In this document: positions 9,811 through 18,378 of the stretch, one piece after another
How the letters are laid out: each line of letters begins with the position of its first letter
Position numbering within the stretch: the stretch's first letter is position 1
IMG/VR virus record: IMGVR_UViG_3300010043_000010
Span: 1 to 30,195 of that record
Strand: one strand, 5' to 3'
Length of the DNA stretch: 30,195 bases
Origin: a virus
Taxonomy: Duplodnaviria > Caudoviricetes
Notes under the pieces: generated by a model
The model's database searches: none
What the model saw: the letters and a program-made list of their open reading frames with translations, nothing else
Told to the model about the DNA's origin: nothing
Program-made: the position numbers and the translations under genes

Positions 9811-10268
9811 ACTCCGAAGATATCCAGGCCCAGGTTGGCGCGGCGCAGGGGCTGTGGACGCACACGCCGGTCGATTACGCCACCAACGAGACGGGGGTCG
9901 GCTTCCCCGCCGGCGCACCCGCCAACGCGTCGCAGGGCTACCTGGGGATGATCACGCGACCTGGTGGAGCGGTCACGCAGAGCGGCCCCGCGGGCGCGCC
10001 GGTCATCAGCGGCGTCCAACTCTACGGGACTATCACCACGACGACCTGCGACATCATCTTCATCCTGAACGTGGTGCCAACGAGCTGCCGTATCAACTAC
10101 GGCACCACCCAGGCTGTGACCTCGAACAAGGCCGGGGCCAACTCGTCCGGCTCGCAGATGGTCCAACTGACCGCCCTGACACCCGCGACCAAGTACTACG
10201 CCAGCATCCAGGCGACCAACGCCAGCGGCACGACCGTGACCGTGCTGTACACGTTCACCACCAAGTAG
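9807..10268 (+). CDS. Virion decoration protein with C-terminal fibronectin type III-like domain
   Basis: ATGA overlap at 9807; Fn3 pattern 'CRINYGTT...VQLTALTPATKYYASIQATNASG'. Confidence 0.7.
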   Translation: MNSEDIQAQVGAAQGLWTHTPVDYATNETGVGFPAGAPANASQGYLGMITRPGGAVTQSGPAGAPVISGVQLYGTITTTTCDIIFILNVVPTSCRINYGTTQAVTSNKAGANSSGSQMVQLTALTPATKYYASIQATNASGTTVTVLYTFTTK

Positions 10269-10277
10269 GAGCAGCGC

Positions 10278-10361
10278 ATGCCAGATCCCGAGCCCGAACC
10301 CGAGCCGGCACCAGACGATCCAGACGAGCCTGAAGACGAGGACCAGCCGGAGGCCCCATGA
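10278..10361 (+). CDS. 27-aa acidic Pro/Asp/Glu micro-protein (MPDPEPEPEPAPDDPDEPEDEDQPEAP)
   Basis: aggag RBS at 10267-10271; its stop overlaps the next ATG (ATGA). Fills the gap between neighbours. Confidence 0.55.
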   Translation: MPDPEPEPEPAPDDPDEPEDEDQPEAP

Positions 10362-10582
10362 GCGACGCGAAGACGCCCGATGTGGTGGATGGCGAGGCGT
10401 TCCTGGGCATGCGCCGCGACGAGGCCAAGCGCGCGCTCGGCATCACCTCCGACGAGGTGTACGAACGCGCCTATCGCGACGTCGAGGCCGTAGTCTCGAA
10501 GCGCAACAACCGCGCGAGCCAGGGTGGCGTGCGCGCGTCGATCGTCATCAAACGCCGCGGCGCGCCGGTGAGGGACGTCTGA
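10358..10582 (+). CDS. Hypothetical protein (74 aa)
   Basis: ggagg RBS; coupled to both neighbours. Confidence 0.65.
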   Translation: MSDAKTPDVVDGEAFLGMRRDEAKRALGITSDEVYERAYRDVEAVVSKRNNRASQGGVRASIVIKRRGAPVRDV

Positions 10583-10698
10583 TGCCGACGGTCGGGATCA
10601 GGAAGTTCAGCTACACCCCGAAGGGTGAAAAGCAGGCCGCCGCGTACGCCAAGAAGACCGGCCAGAAGATGACCAGAAAGCCGCCGAAGGAAAAGTGA
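10582..10698 (+). CDS. Small Lys-rich protein (38 aa, MPTVGIRKFSYTPKGEKQAAAYAKKTGQKM...)
   Basis: Not in the ORF track. TGATG coupling at both ends; resembles a recurrent phage basic mini-protein family. Confidence 0.75.
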   Translation: MPTVGIRKFSYTPKGEKQAAAYAKKTGQKMTRKPPKEK

Positions 10699-10871
10699 TG
10701 GCCGAGAAGTGGATCGCCGGCGCGATCAAGAAGCCGGGCGCGCTGCGCAAGAGCCTGGGCGTGAAAGAGGGCGAGAAGATCCCCGCCAAGAAGCTCGCCG
10801 CGGCGGCGGCCAAGGGCGGCAAACTCGGCCAGCGCGCGCGCCTGGCGCAGACCCTCAAGAAGATGGGCTGA
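10698..10871 (+). CDS. Small Lys-rich protein (57 aa, MAEKWIAGAIKKPGALRKSLGVKEGEKIPAKKL...RARLAQTLKKMG)
   Basis: Not in the ORF track. TGATG coupling; resembles a recurrent phage basic mini-protein family. Confidence 0.8.
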   Translation: MAEKWIAGAIKKPGALRKSLGVKEGEKIPAKKLAAAAAKGGKLGQRARLAQTLKKMG

Positions 10872-10872
10872 A

Positions 10873-11274
10873 ATGGTCCTGGCGGACATGTCACTCGGCG
10901 TCATCCCAGCGCGGCTCGCGGCGACTTCGCGGCACATTCAGGGGTTCATCACCGGGGGGACGACCGCCAACCCGACCGCCAACCAGGTACTGGCGTACCA
11001 CTGCGTGTGCGTCCCTGGCGTTATCAGAATCGTGATTGCTGCGGCAGTGTCCACGGCAGCGGCAACGCCGACGATCATGGACGTGCGAAAGAACGGTACG
11101 AGCGTGTGGACCGACCCTGCGCGACGCCCCACGCTGCCGACCGGACAGAGCGGCGTGTTCACAAGCTATCCGCCCGATAACGGCAGTCTCGTACCTGGCG
11201 ACCTGGTGACGCTGGTCGTCGTCCAGGCCGGCAACGTGGACGTTGCTATGACCGTGGCCATAGAGGAGCCCTGA
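10873..11274 (+). CDS. Putative beta-rich virion structural protein
   Basis: 133 aa, T/V/A-rich, in the structural operon. Confidence 0.6.
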   Translation: MVLADMSLGVIPARLAATSRHIQGFITGGTTANPTANQVLAYHCVCVPGVIRIVIAAAVSTAAATPTIMDVRKNGTSVWTDPARRPTLPTGQSGVFTSYPPDNGSLVPGDLVTLVVVQAGNVDVAMTVAIEEP

Positions 11275-11697
11275 ATGGCAAACGCGATGTTCAATCCGGG
11301 CCGAGAGGGATTCCTGCTCGGCGAGATCGACTGGGACACGGCGGTGATGAAGGTCGCCCTGGTGCGCAGCTACACCTACAACGCTGCGCACAAGTTCGTC
11401 TCGGACGTGACCGGCGCGGGTGGCGTGCTGCACGCGACTTCGGCCGCGCTCGCCTCGAAAACAGGCACGAGCGGCACCGCTGACGCGGCCGACTTCACCT
11501 TCACCACGCCCGCGGCCAATGCCTCGGGCCACAGTCTGGTGTACTTCCAATCCAGCGCGGTCGGCGGTGGCGCGGACGTGGCGGCCACCGCTCAGCGGCT
11601 CATCGCCTGGGTCGATACCGGGACGGGCCTGCCCGTGACGCCGAATGGGGCGGACATCAACGTGGTCTTCAACGCCTCCGGACTCTTCACGCTCTAG
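11275..11697 (+). CDS. Conserved phage tail-associated protein
   Basis: Pattern 'GREGFLLGEIDWDTAVMKVALV...ADAADFTF...LIAWVDTGTGLPVTPNGADINV' recalls minor tail proteins of high-GC phages. Confidence 0.65.
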   Translation: MANAMFNPGREGFLLGEIDWDTAVMKVALVRSYTYNAAHKFVSDVTGAGGVLHATSAALASKTGTSGTADAADFTFTTPAANASGHSLVYFQSSAVGGGADVAATAQRLIAWVDTGTGLPVTPNGADINVVFNASGLFTL

Positions 11698-11705
11698 AGC
11701 CAGCA

Positions 11706-12914
11706 GTGGCTGAGGTCCTGCCCGGCAACGGGCTCATCAGCTCGCTCAACGGGGCCATTACCAGCGGCGCGACGACGCTCAGCATCCAGTCTGGCGATGC
11801 GTCGAAGTGGCCGGCGCTCGGCGAGTATCGGGCGGTCATCTACACCGATCCAACGAGCGGACCGTGGGAGCTGGTGCGCGTCACCGGCGGCCAGGGCACC
11901 GCGACGCTCACCATCACGCGCGCCGTCGAGCCCTACAACGGGGCCCAGACCGCGCAGGCCTGGTCGTCCGGGACGCCGATCGCGGCCGTCGTCACGCGCG
12001 ATGGGCTGGGCCTGGCAAGTCCGGCCGAGAACATGCTGGTCAATGGCGGCTTCGAGATCTGGCAGCGCGGCAACGGCGCGTTCAGCGGGGGCGCGTCGTG
12101 GGGACCAGATGGCTGGAGCAATTCGTTCAACGGGACCGACACGCTGAGCGTCACTCGCGAGACGACGACCGTTGATGTTGGGTCCGGCTCCTCAGCGTTG
12201 CTGTCCTACACCAAGGGCACGGGGACCTTCACCGAGCATCTGCGCTCGCTGTTGCTGAAAACCACCGAGTTTCCGCAACTGAAAGGCCGCACGGTCACGT
12301 TTTCGGCGCGCATCAATTGTGGCACCGCCAACATCATCCGGCTCTCCCTGAACAACTTCTACAGTGGCACCGATCACATCACCACCAGCAGCAACAATGT
12401 GGCTTCAGGCAGTTGGCAGACGCTGTCGGTCACCGCCACCATCGATGCGACCGCGACCTTTGTCATCCCGAGCTTCTCGTTCCTGGCCACCGGCAATGCC
12501 TTCGTCGACAACGCCATGCTGGTGGTCGGCCCGGTGGCGGCCGAGTACGTCCCGCTTACCCCTGCCGATGACCTGACCCGCTGCCTGCGCTACTACGAGG
12601 CCAAGGTCTATGCCTCGAACCAGTACATCGCGACCGGCCAGGCGTACACGACGGGCGGCGTCATCGGCGTGGTGCCATACCTGGTTCGTAAGTGTGTGAC
12701 CCCGACAATCACCTTTAGCGCTGGCAGCACGTTTGCGGTCACCACGTCCGCATTCGGAGTCTCGGCTGCCACGACCGTCGGTATGGCGGCGGCGACCGTC
12801 GATGCGATGGGCTTACAACTGACAGGTGCCAGCGGGCTCGTAGCCGGCAATGCCAGCATTATGATCGCCAACACGGGCAGCACCGCCAGCATCTTCATCG
12901 AGGCCAACCCCTGA
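11706..12914 (+). CDS. Tail fibre/receptor-binding protein with carbohydrate-binding (galactose-binding-like) module
   Basis: N-terminal adaptor (LNGAIT...ELVRVT...LTITRA), 'NMLVNGGFEIWQRG' CBM-like start and 'DDLTRCLRYYE' fibre motif. Confidence 0.75.
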   Translation: MAEVLPGNGLISSLNGAITSGATTLSIQSGDASKWPALGEYRAVIYTDPTSGPWELVRVTGGQGTATLTITRAVEPYNGAQTAQAWSSGTPIAAVVTRDGLGLASPAENMLVNGGFEIWQRGNGAFSGGASWGPDGWSNSFNGTDTLSVTRETTTVDVGSGSSALLSYTKGTGTFTEHLRSLLLKTTEFPQLKGRTVTFSARINCGTANIIRLSLNNFYSGTDHITTSSNNVASGSWQTLSVTATIDATATFVIPSFSFLATGNAFVDNAMLVVGPVAAEYVPLTPADDLTRCLRYYEAKVYASNQYIATGQAYTTGGVIGVVPYLVRKCVTPTITFSAGSTFAVTTSAFGVSAATTVGMAAATVDAMGLQLTGASGLVAGNASIMIANTGSTASIFIEANP

Positions 12915-12931
12915 GCTAGCCCCTTCCGATC

Positions 12932-14350
12932 GTGGCAAGCATCCTCTCGGACGGCATGCTCGGCACGGCCTTCAGCCAGCCGGGCCGTCTTGTTCTCGGC
13001 AGCCCGCTGGCACCTGTTCCGCAGACGGTCAACCCGAACACGATCGCGACCGCGGAACAGGTCTATCAGCCGAACGTCCAGCGCTCGGTTGCCCCTGCGG
13101 CGATCGGCACCGCCGAGCAGGTCTTCGCTCCGACCGTCAAGCTCCAGGTGCAGCCGAACGCCATCGCGACGGCCGAACAGGTCTATCAGCCGAACGTCCA
13201 GCGGTCCGTTGCGCCGGCGACGATCACGACGGCGGAGCAGGTGTTCGCCCCGACGGTCACCCTCCAGGTTCGCCCGAACGCGATCGGGACCGCCGAGCAG
13301 GTCTTCCAACCGACGGTCCGGCTCCAGGTCCAACCCAACACCATCGCCACCGCCGAGCAGGTGTATCCGCCGGTCGTCACTGCGGCCGGGGCACCCCAGA
13401 CGGTCACGCCCAACACCATCGCGACGGCCGAGCAGGTCTTCGCTCCGACCGTCAAGCTCCAGGTCCAGCCGAATGGCATCGGTACCGCGGAGCAGGTCTT
13501 CGCGCCGACGCTCACCCTCCAGGTTCAGCCGAACGCCATCGCGACCGCCGTCCAGCTCTTTGCGCCGACGGTCATGCTGCAGGTCAACCCGAATGCGATA
13601 GCCAGCGGCGAGCAGGTCTTCGGGCCTATCTTCGGCCAGCAGATCCGGCCGGACACGATCGCGAGCGGCGTGATCGTGCGCGACCTGACGCTGGTCCCGA
13701 CGTGCTGGGACGAGCTGCCGTACAGCCAGCTCGAGAACTACACCTACAGCGGGCTGGAGGCCTTCGCCTACACCGCCCTGGAGATCGTCGCCTGCCTGGC
13801 CGTGCTGCCCGACCCGATCCCCTCGGCCGCGGTGGTCTTCGCGCCGACTCTGAGCGGGCCCGGTGCGCAGACGATCACGCCGAATGCGATCGGGACGGCG
13901 CTGCAGCTCTTTGCGCCCACGGTCACCCAGGCTGCGGTCCAGACCGTCCAACCGAACACGATCGCGACCGCGCAGCAGGTCTATCCGCCGACGGTCCAGA
14001 TCGTCGTTGCCCAGACGGTCAGCCCTGGCACGATCGCGAGCGCCGCGCAGGTTTACCCGCCGCAGAGCCTCGGCCTGAGCGTCTATCCCGATGCCATCGC
14101 GTCGCGTGCGCGCGTCTACGAGCCGGCGCTCAGCGCCACCCCGCGCCCGCCGCTGCCGCCGCTCGAGCCGCTCGTGCCGACGGCCCCCGAGCTGCCGCCG
14201 CTGGTGGGTGCCGGCCATGACGTGATGCCGCCGCTCCTGGTCGCCGCGCATGCCACGCTGCCCGAGTTGGTCGCCGTTCAGCGCAGTCCCCGGCCGCCTC
14301 TGGCTCCCGGCTCCCGTTCTGGTTTGCCGCCCCTGGTGCCAGTACCGTAA
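12932..14350 (+). CDS. Repetitive fibre-like virion protein (~16 copies of a 20-aa repeat, Pro-rich C-terminus)
   Basis: Repeat consensus xxxVxPNxIxTAEQVFAPTV. Confidence 0.75.
   Translation: MASILSDGMLGTAFSQPGRLVLGSPLAPVPQTVNPNTIATAEQVYQPNVQRSVAPAAIGTAEQVFAPTVKLQVQPNAIATAEQVYQPNVQRSVAPATITTAEQVFAPTVTLQVRPNAIGTAEQVFQPTVRLQVQPNTIATAEQVYPPVVTAAGAPQTVTPNTIATAEQVFAPTVKLQVQPNGIGTAEQVFAPTLTLQVQPNAIATAVQLFAPTVMLQVNPNAIASGEQVFGPIFGQQIRPDTIASGVIVRDLTLVPTCWDELPYSQLENYTYSGLEAFAYTALEIVACLAVLPDPIPSAAVVFAPTLSGPGAQTITPNAIGTALQLFAPTVTQAAVQTVQPNTIATAQQVYPPTVQIVVAQTVSPGTIASAAQVYPPQSLGLSVYPDAIASRARVYEPALSATPRPPLPPLEPLVPTAPELPPLVGAGHDVMPPLLVAAHATLPELVAVQRSPRPPLAPGSRSGLPPLVPVP
13019..14130 (+). repeat. Coding tandem repeat, 60-nt unit (~16 degenerate copies, one interruption)
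   Basis: For example, gaacaggtctatcagccgaacgtccagcg recurs exactly 120 nt later, and gagcaggtcttc recurs through the array. Confidence 0.85.
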
Positions 14351-14364
14351 AGGACGTTCGCCCT

Positions 14365-15390
14365 ATGCCTTCGCTCGCCGAATACCGCGCCAACCTGGCC
14401 GTTGAGAGTGGACCGTTTATCGGGCCCGAGCTCTATGACGTGCGAGCCACCGGTGGCTCCGACATCACCAAACTCGTCTGCGACATCCACCCGATCACGT
14501 CCGGCATCAACCAGACGGACCTGCTGGTCGATCGGCCGTTGTATCGCCCGAATGCGGTGCTGCCGACCGACAAGCACCGCATCGTAATGGTGTACGACCC
14601 ACCCACCGGGACCATCACGCCCGACCTGCCGTGGGTGCTCGCGCCCATCAGTACGGTTGGTGCCACGACCTACGAGCAACTCGAGGCGCATACCTATGGC
14701 GACTTCGAGGACCAGTTCCTGACCTACGAAAACATGGAAGGCACCGGCGTCGTCGGGGGCATCGGCGAACGCTTCGAGATCCTGGGGCTGTGGGACGCGC
14801 CGACGATGCATCAGCTCATCAACGACGGCCTCAAGCAGTGCTGGATGGTCGTCGACGTGGTCTGCACGGCCCAGGAAGGCGTCTCGCGCCACGACCTGCG
14901 CCTGGTCACGCCCTGGCTGCAGGACCCGAATCATGTGCGCCAGGCCGGCGTGCTCGCCGAGGGCGACGACCCGTCCCGGACCGACCCGTTCGAAAACATC
15001 ATCTACGGCACGGTGGAGCGCGACGGCGCGACGTTCGTGTTCAACACCGGCTCGAGGACGTTCAACGTGGGCGACCAGATCTACCTGCGCTGCTACAAGC
15101 GCGGCTTCGACCACTGCCGTCCCGCAGGCGGCGACTACGGCGACCAGGTCGGCTTGACGCTGGAGACCGATGAGGCGCCCATCGAGCGCGACTGGTTGGT
15201 CTCGGCGGCCCTGGTCGTCGGCTGGCGGCGCTTCGGACATCTGCTCGAGCCGGCCGCGAACCAGCGCTTGATTCGCGATGCCATGGCTGCGGCGGCCTGG
15301 TTCGCCGATCGCACACACGAGCACTTCACCGCGGTCCAGCCGCAGCTCACGCTGCGCCGCGCGCGCCGCTTCGGGCCGGCCTTCCGATGA
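14365..15390 (+). CDS. Putative head-tail adaptor protein
   Basis: N-terminal helix 'SLAEYRANLA' and 'HQLINDGLKQCW'; sits directly upstream of the nozzle-like gene. Confidence 0.5.
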   Translation: MPSLAEYRANLAVESGPFIGPELYDVRATGGSDITKLVCDIHPITSGINQTDLLVDRPLYRPNAVLPTDKHRIVMVYDPPTGTITPDLPWVLAPISTVGATTYEQLEAHTYGDFEDQFLTYENMEGTGVVGGIGERFEILGLWDAPTMHQLINDGLKQCWMVVDVVCTAQEGVSRHDLRLVTPWLQDPNHVRQAGVLAEGDDPSRTDPFENIIYGTVERDGATFVFNTGSRTFNVGDQIYLRCYKRGFDHCRPAGGDYGDQVGLTLETDEAPIERDWLVSAALVVGWRRFGHLLEPAANQRLIRDAMAAAAWFADRTHEHFTAVQPQLTLRRARRFGPAFR

Positions 15391-17312
15391 GCATCATTGC
15401 CGCGCGGAGGTCGCCTTACCCGTACCACTTCAAGATCGGCAATGTCGGGCTGATGCTGGGCGCGACGCGGCCTGGTCAGGGCGCGACGCTGGTGTCATCG
15501 AAGACTGGCGATATCGCCCAGGTTGCCCCGCCCGACTTCGGCTACGCCGGCACCTCGCCCATCACCGACCGCGAGGAGCCGTACGAAAGCCTGGTGCTGG
15601 GCATGGGGATGAAGGTCCAGGAGAAGTGGCAGGACGGGCGCTACTACGCGGCCCAGGGCGTCGACTGCAGCGTCTGGCCATGGTGCAAGGGCCCTGAGAT
15701 CACGCTGCTCACGCCGTCTACGCATGACGCGGTCGCGGGCGTGCGGACCTTCTTCGAGCTGGGCAACACGCTCTATTGCGCTCAAGGGCGCTACATCCTG
15801 CGCCGCGATTCTGACACGACCTGGGCCATGGTGCGCGACTTCGGCGTGGGCGTGAGCGTGCTCAATGCGACCGTGTTCACCTCGAACTTCGACGGCATCC
15901 AGCGCGTGTTCGTGGCACTGTCGACGGGCGTCGCGCAGTACTCGAGCAACGGCACGACCTGGACGGGCATGGCGACGTTCACCGCACTCGCGTTCGCCGT
16001 GACCGGGCGCGAGTTCTGGTGGGCGGACGACATCAACCGCCTCCGAAAGTGCGACACCAACACCGACCCGACCAACGAAGCTAACTACACCAGCCTGAAC
16101 TTCCGGGCGGGCGATAAGTCCTCGGCGATCAACGGTCTGGCGGTCAGCGCCGCGGGCACGCTGCTCATCCTGAAGACCGACGGCGTCTATACCCTGGACG
16201 GGGCCGGCGAGGACCACCAGCTCTTCCCGTTCCTGAAGTTCGCGCCGCTGGCCAGCAATGGCAAGTTCTGGGGCCAGTTCGAGAACTCGCTCTACGTCAG
16301 CTACGGCCAGCAGTTCCTGCGCATCAGCCCCGACTTGGTGCTCGAGGAGATCGGGCCCGAGAAGCTCGTCAACAACGACAGCCCGGTGCGCGGCCAGATC
16401 ACCGCTTTCGCGGCGGTGGGGACCATGTTCGCCTACGCCGCGATCCTGAATCCCGACTCGCTCAACGGCTACCTGATGAAGTTCGGCAGCTGGGTCTCGC
16501 AGGGGCTGGAGGCGACGCAGCTCACGCCGGTGCACGTCGATGCCTGGCACGGCAGCCTGTCGGATCCGTTCACCTCGCGCGCGATCCAGAGCCTGTTCGT
16601 CTCGGCCATCGGCGCACCCACCGGTCACACGCGCACCTACCTCGGGCTGAGTGACGGCACTGTCGGCTGGATGGTCAACCCCTGCGTGCCCAACCCGGCG
16701 GCCTGCTCGGCCTATCGCTTTGTGGTCGGCGACGGCTTCGTCGACCTGCCGCTGTGGCACGCCGGCTTCCATGCCTCGCGCAAGAGTGTGCGCCACGCCG
16801 CGGTCACCGGCACGCTCGACGCGACTAACTACGTGACCGTCGACTACAAGTTGGACCCAGCGGCGGCGAGCTTCACCGCGTTGACTGGCCAGTTCAACCA
16901 ACCGGTGTACCAGCAGCGCAGTTTCCCGACGAATGCGGCGACGGTGCTCGCGGCCTTCCGCGTGCACCTGCACAACACGGCCAACACGCGCTCGCCGCTG
17001 GTCTCGGCCTTTTCGCTCGGGCATGCGTTGCGGCCGTTGCGCTACATGACGCTGCAGATCCAGATCCTGTGCGCCGACGGCCTCGTGCGGCGTGATGGGG
17101 TGCCGTTACGTATCGGCCGCGACGCGATCGAAGAGCTGATCATGCAGTCCGTCGATGCGCCTGGCGCAGTCACCTGTACGTTGCCGACCGAAGACGTGCA
17201 GGACCTGAGCTTTATCGACTTCACGCAGACGCAGAGCTTCGACGAGGTCGGGCGAAAGTGGCAGTGCTCGATGACGGTCAAGGCCGTGCAGTGGATCTCT
17301 GACGCGGCCTGA
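15387..17312 (+). CDS. Putative tail nozzle/hub protein (beta-propeller, P22 gp10/T7 gp12-like)
   Basis: 641 aa with beta-propeller-like blades (NTLYCAQG, GTLLILKTDGVYTL, NSLYVSYG); position fits a podoviral tail. Confidence 0.6.
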   Translation: MSIIAARRSPYPYHFKIGNVGLMLGATRPGQGATLVSSKTGDIAQVAPPDFGYAGTSPITDREEPYESLVLGMGMKVQEKWQDGRYYAAQGVDCSVWPWCKGPEITLLTPSTHDAVAGVRTFFELGNTLYCAQGRYILRRDSDTTWAMVRDFGVGVSVLNATVFTSNFDGIQRVFVALSTGVAQYSSNGTTWTGMATFTALAFAVTGREFWWADDINRLRKCDTNTDPTNEANYTSLNFRAGDKSSAINGLAVSAAGTLLILKTDGVYTLDGAGEDHQLFPFLKFAPLASNGKFWGQFENSLYVSYGQQFLRISPDLVLEEIGPEKLVNNDSPVRGQITAFAAVGTMFAYAAILNPDSLNGYLMKFGSWVSQGLEATQLTPVHVDAWHGSLSDPFTSRAIQSLFVSAIGAPTGHTRTYLGLSDGTVGWMVNPCVPNPAACSAYRFVVGDGFVDLPLWHAGFHASRKSVRHAAVTGTLDATNYVTVDYKLDPAAASFTALTGQFNQPVYQQRSFPTNAATVLAAFRVHLHNTANTRSPLVSAFSLGHALRPLRYMTLQIQILCADGLVRRDGVPLRIGRDAIEELIMQSVDAPGAVTCTLPTEDVQDLSFIDFTQTQSFDEVGRKWQCSMTVKAVQWISDAA

Positions 17313-17332
17313 ATGGAAGGAGCTGACTCCCA

Positions 17333-18034
17333 ATGGCGCGAACAACCGCGACGAACTTCAGCGGCGGATTGCAGTTCCCGTACGCCACCGCGGCGACGGA
17401 CCTGTTCAAGAAGGAGGACGTGCAGACGCTCGCGCTGGCGGTCGATCAGCACGATCACACCGGGGGCAAGGGACTGGTACTGTCGGCCAGCTCACTGCCT
17501 GACGGCTCGATCACCGGAGCCAAGATCGCCACCAACACGGTCACCTCGGCCAACATCACCGACGGCACGATTCAGGCGGTCGACCTGGCGTCGGGCGCGG
17601 CCGCGGCCAATGTCGGGGCCCTCGGCGGCGAGCTGGGTGGCACGCTGCCCAACCCGATCCTCAAGCACGTCACCAGTTCTGTCAGCGGCCTGGGCGCCAC
17701 CGCGGTCTCGGTGGCCGCGAGCTGGACGGTATGGGGCCAGGCGACCTCAGTCGTCCTGACAGGAGGTGTCTATCTGATCATCGCCGCGGGCACGTACCAA
17801 ACAACACCCAGCACCGGCTTGCGGACGAGCGTGCTGCTGGGCTTTGGCTCCAGCGTGGCAGGGACGGTGCTGGTGTCTGACACCAATACTGTCACGATCG
17901 ACAACGCCATCTGGCGTGTCAGGCTGGTCGCCATCGTCTCGGTGCCGGCCAGCTACTCGCCCTGGCTGCAGGTGTTCGCGGGGGCAGTGGGCACCATCTC
18001 CGACGGCAAGTGCGATGTGGTGAAGCTTGCCTAG
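17333..18034 (+). CDS. Tail fibre-like protein
   Basis: gaaggag RBS; HDHTGG motif, 10-aa repeats (DGSITGAKIA/TNTVTSANIT/DGTIQAVDLA) and a beta-rich C-terminal domain. Confidence 0.7.
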   Translation: MARTTATNFSGGLQFPYATAATDLFKKEDVQTLALAVDQHDHTGGKGLVLSASSLPDGSITGAKIATNTVTSANITDGTIQAVDLASGAAAANVGALGGELGGTLPNPILKHVTSSVSGLGATAVSVAASWTVWGQATSVVLTGGVYLIIAAGTYQTTPSTGLRTSVLLGFGSSVAGTVLVSDTNTVTIDNAIWRVRLVAIVSVPASYSPWLQVFAGAVGTISDGKCDVVKLA

Positions 18035-18180
18035 GCTGAGGCCAGCAGCGCGCGCAGGCGGCGCACCTCGGCCACCAGCCGCGGGACATCCTCTTCGTAC
18101 CAGTCGTCGGGGTAGCGCATGCGTCCATCACGATGCCAGGCAATGCGTCGTTCGATCAGTTCCAGCTCCGCCTCATCCAT
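18031..18180 (-). CDS. Small antisense hypothetical protein (49 aa, ...DVPRLVAEVRRLR...)
   Basis: Fills the gap between the tail gene and the lysin. 'DVPxLVAEVRRLR' is a common phage accessory motif. No RBS seen. Confidence 0.45.
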   Translation of the reverse strand: MDEAELELIERRIAWHRDGRMRYPDDWYEEDVPRLVAEVRRLRALLASA

Positions 18181-18195
18181 GATCCAGGAGGCTAC

Positions 18196-18378
18196 ATGAC
18201 CTTCAGTGTGGGCCCAGGCGTGGCCCAGGCGATCGCCGACGCAAACGACGAGGCACGCTCCGATGAGGTGTACATCGTCAACGTCGAGGGCCGAAAAATT
18301 TCGGAAACGTATGCCAGAGACGCTCTCTATGTGTGGATCGAGGAGGACAACCGGACCAACCGGATCCCTTTCGAGTAA
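18196..18378 (+). CDS. 60-aa protein, probable N-terminal module of a frameshifted endolysin
   Basis: AGGAGG at 18186-18191 and ATG at 18196; ends in ATC CCT TTC GAG TAA. Confidence 0.75.
   Translation: MTFSVGPGVAQAIADANDEARSDEVYIVNVEGRKISETYARDALYVWIEEDNRTNRIPFE

Noticed and set aside
11706-12914. Diversity-generating retroelement target in the tail fibre
   Set aside because: No reverse transcriptase and no second copy (TR/VR pair) seen in the window.
13019-14130. CRISPR array
   Set aside because: The repeats are degenerate in-frame 60-nt coding units with synonymous variation, no unique spacers and no cas genes.
12608-17024. Long minus-strand ORFs (547, 348 and 509 aa) and similar ones elsewhere
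   Set aside because: They are shadow ORFs of high-GC coding genes, with no recognisable motifs or RBS.
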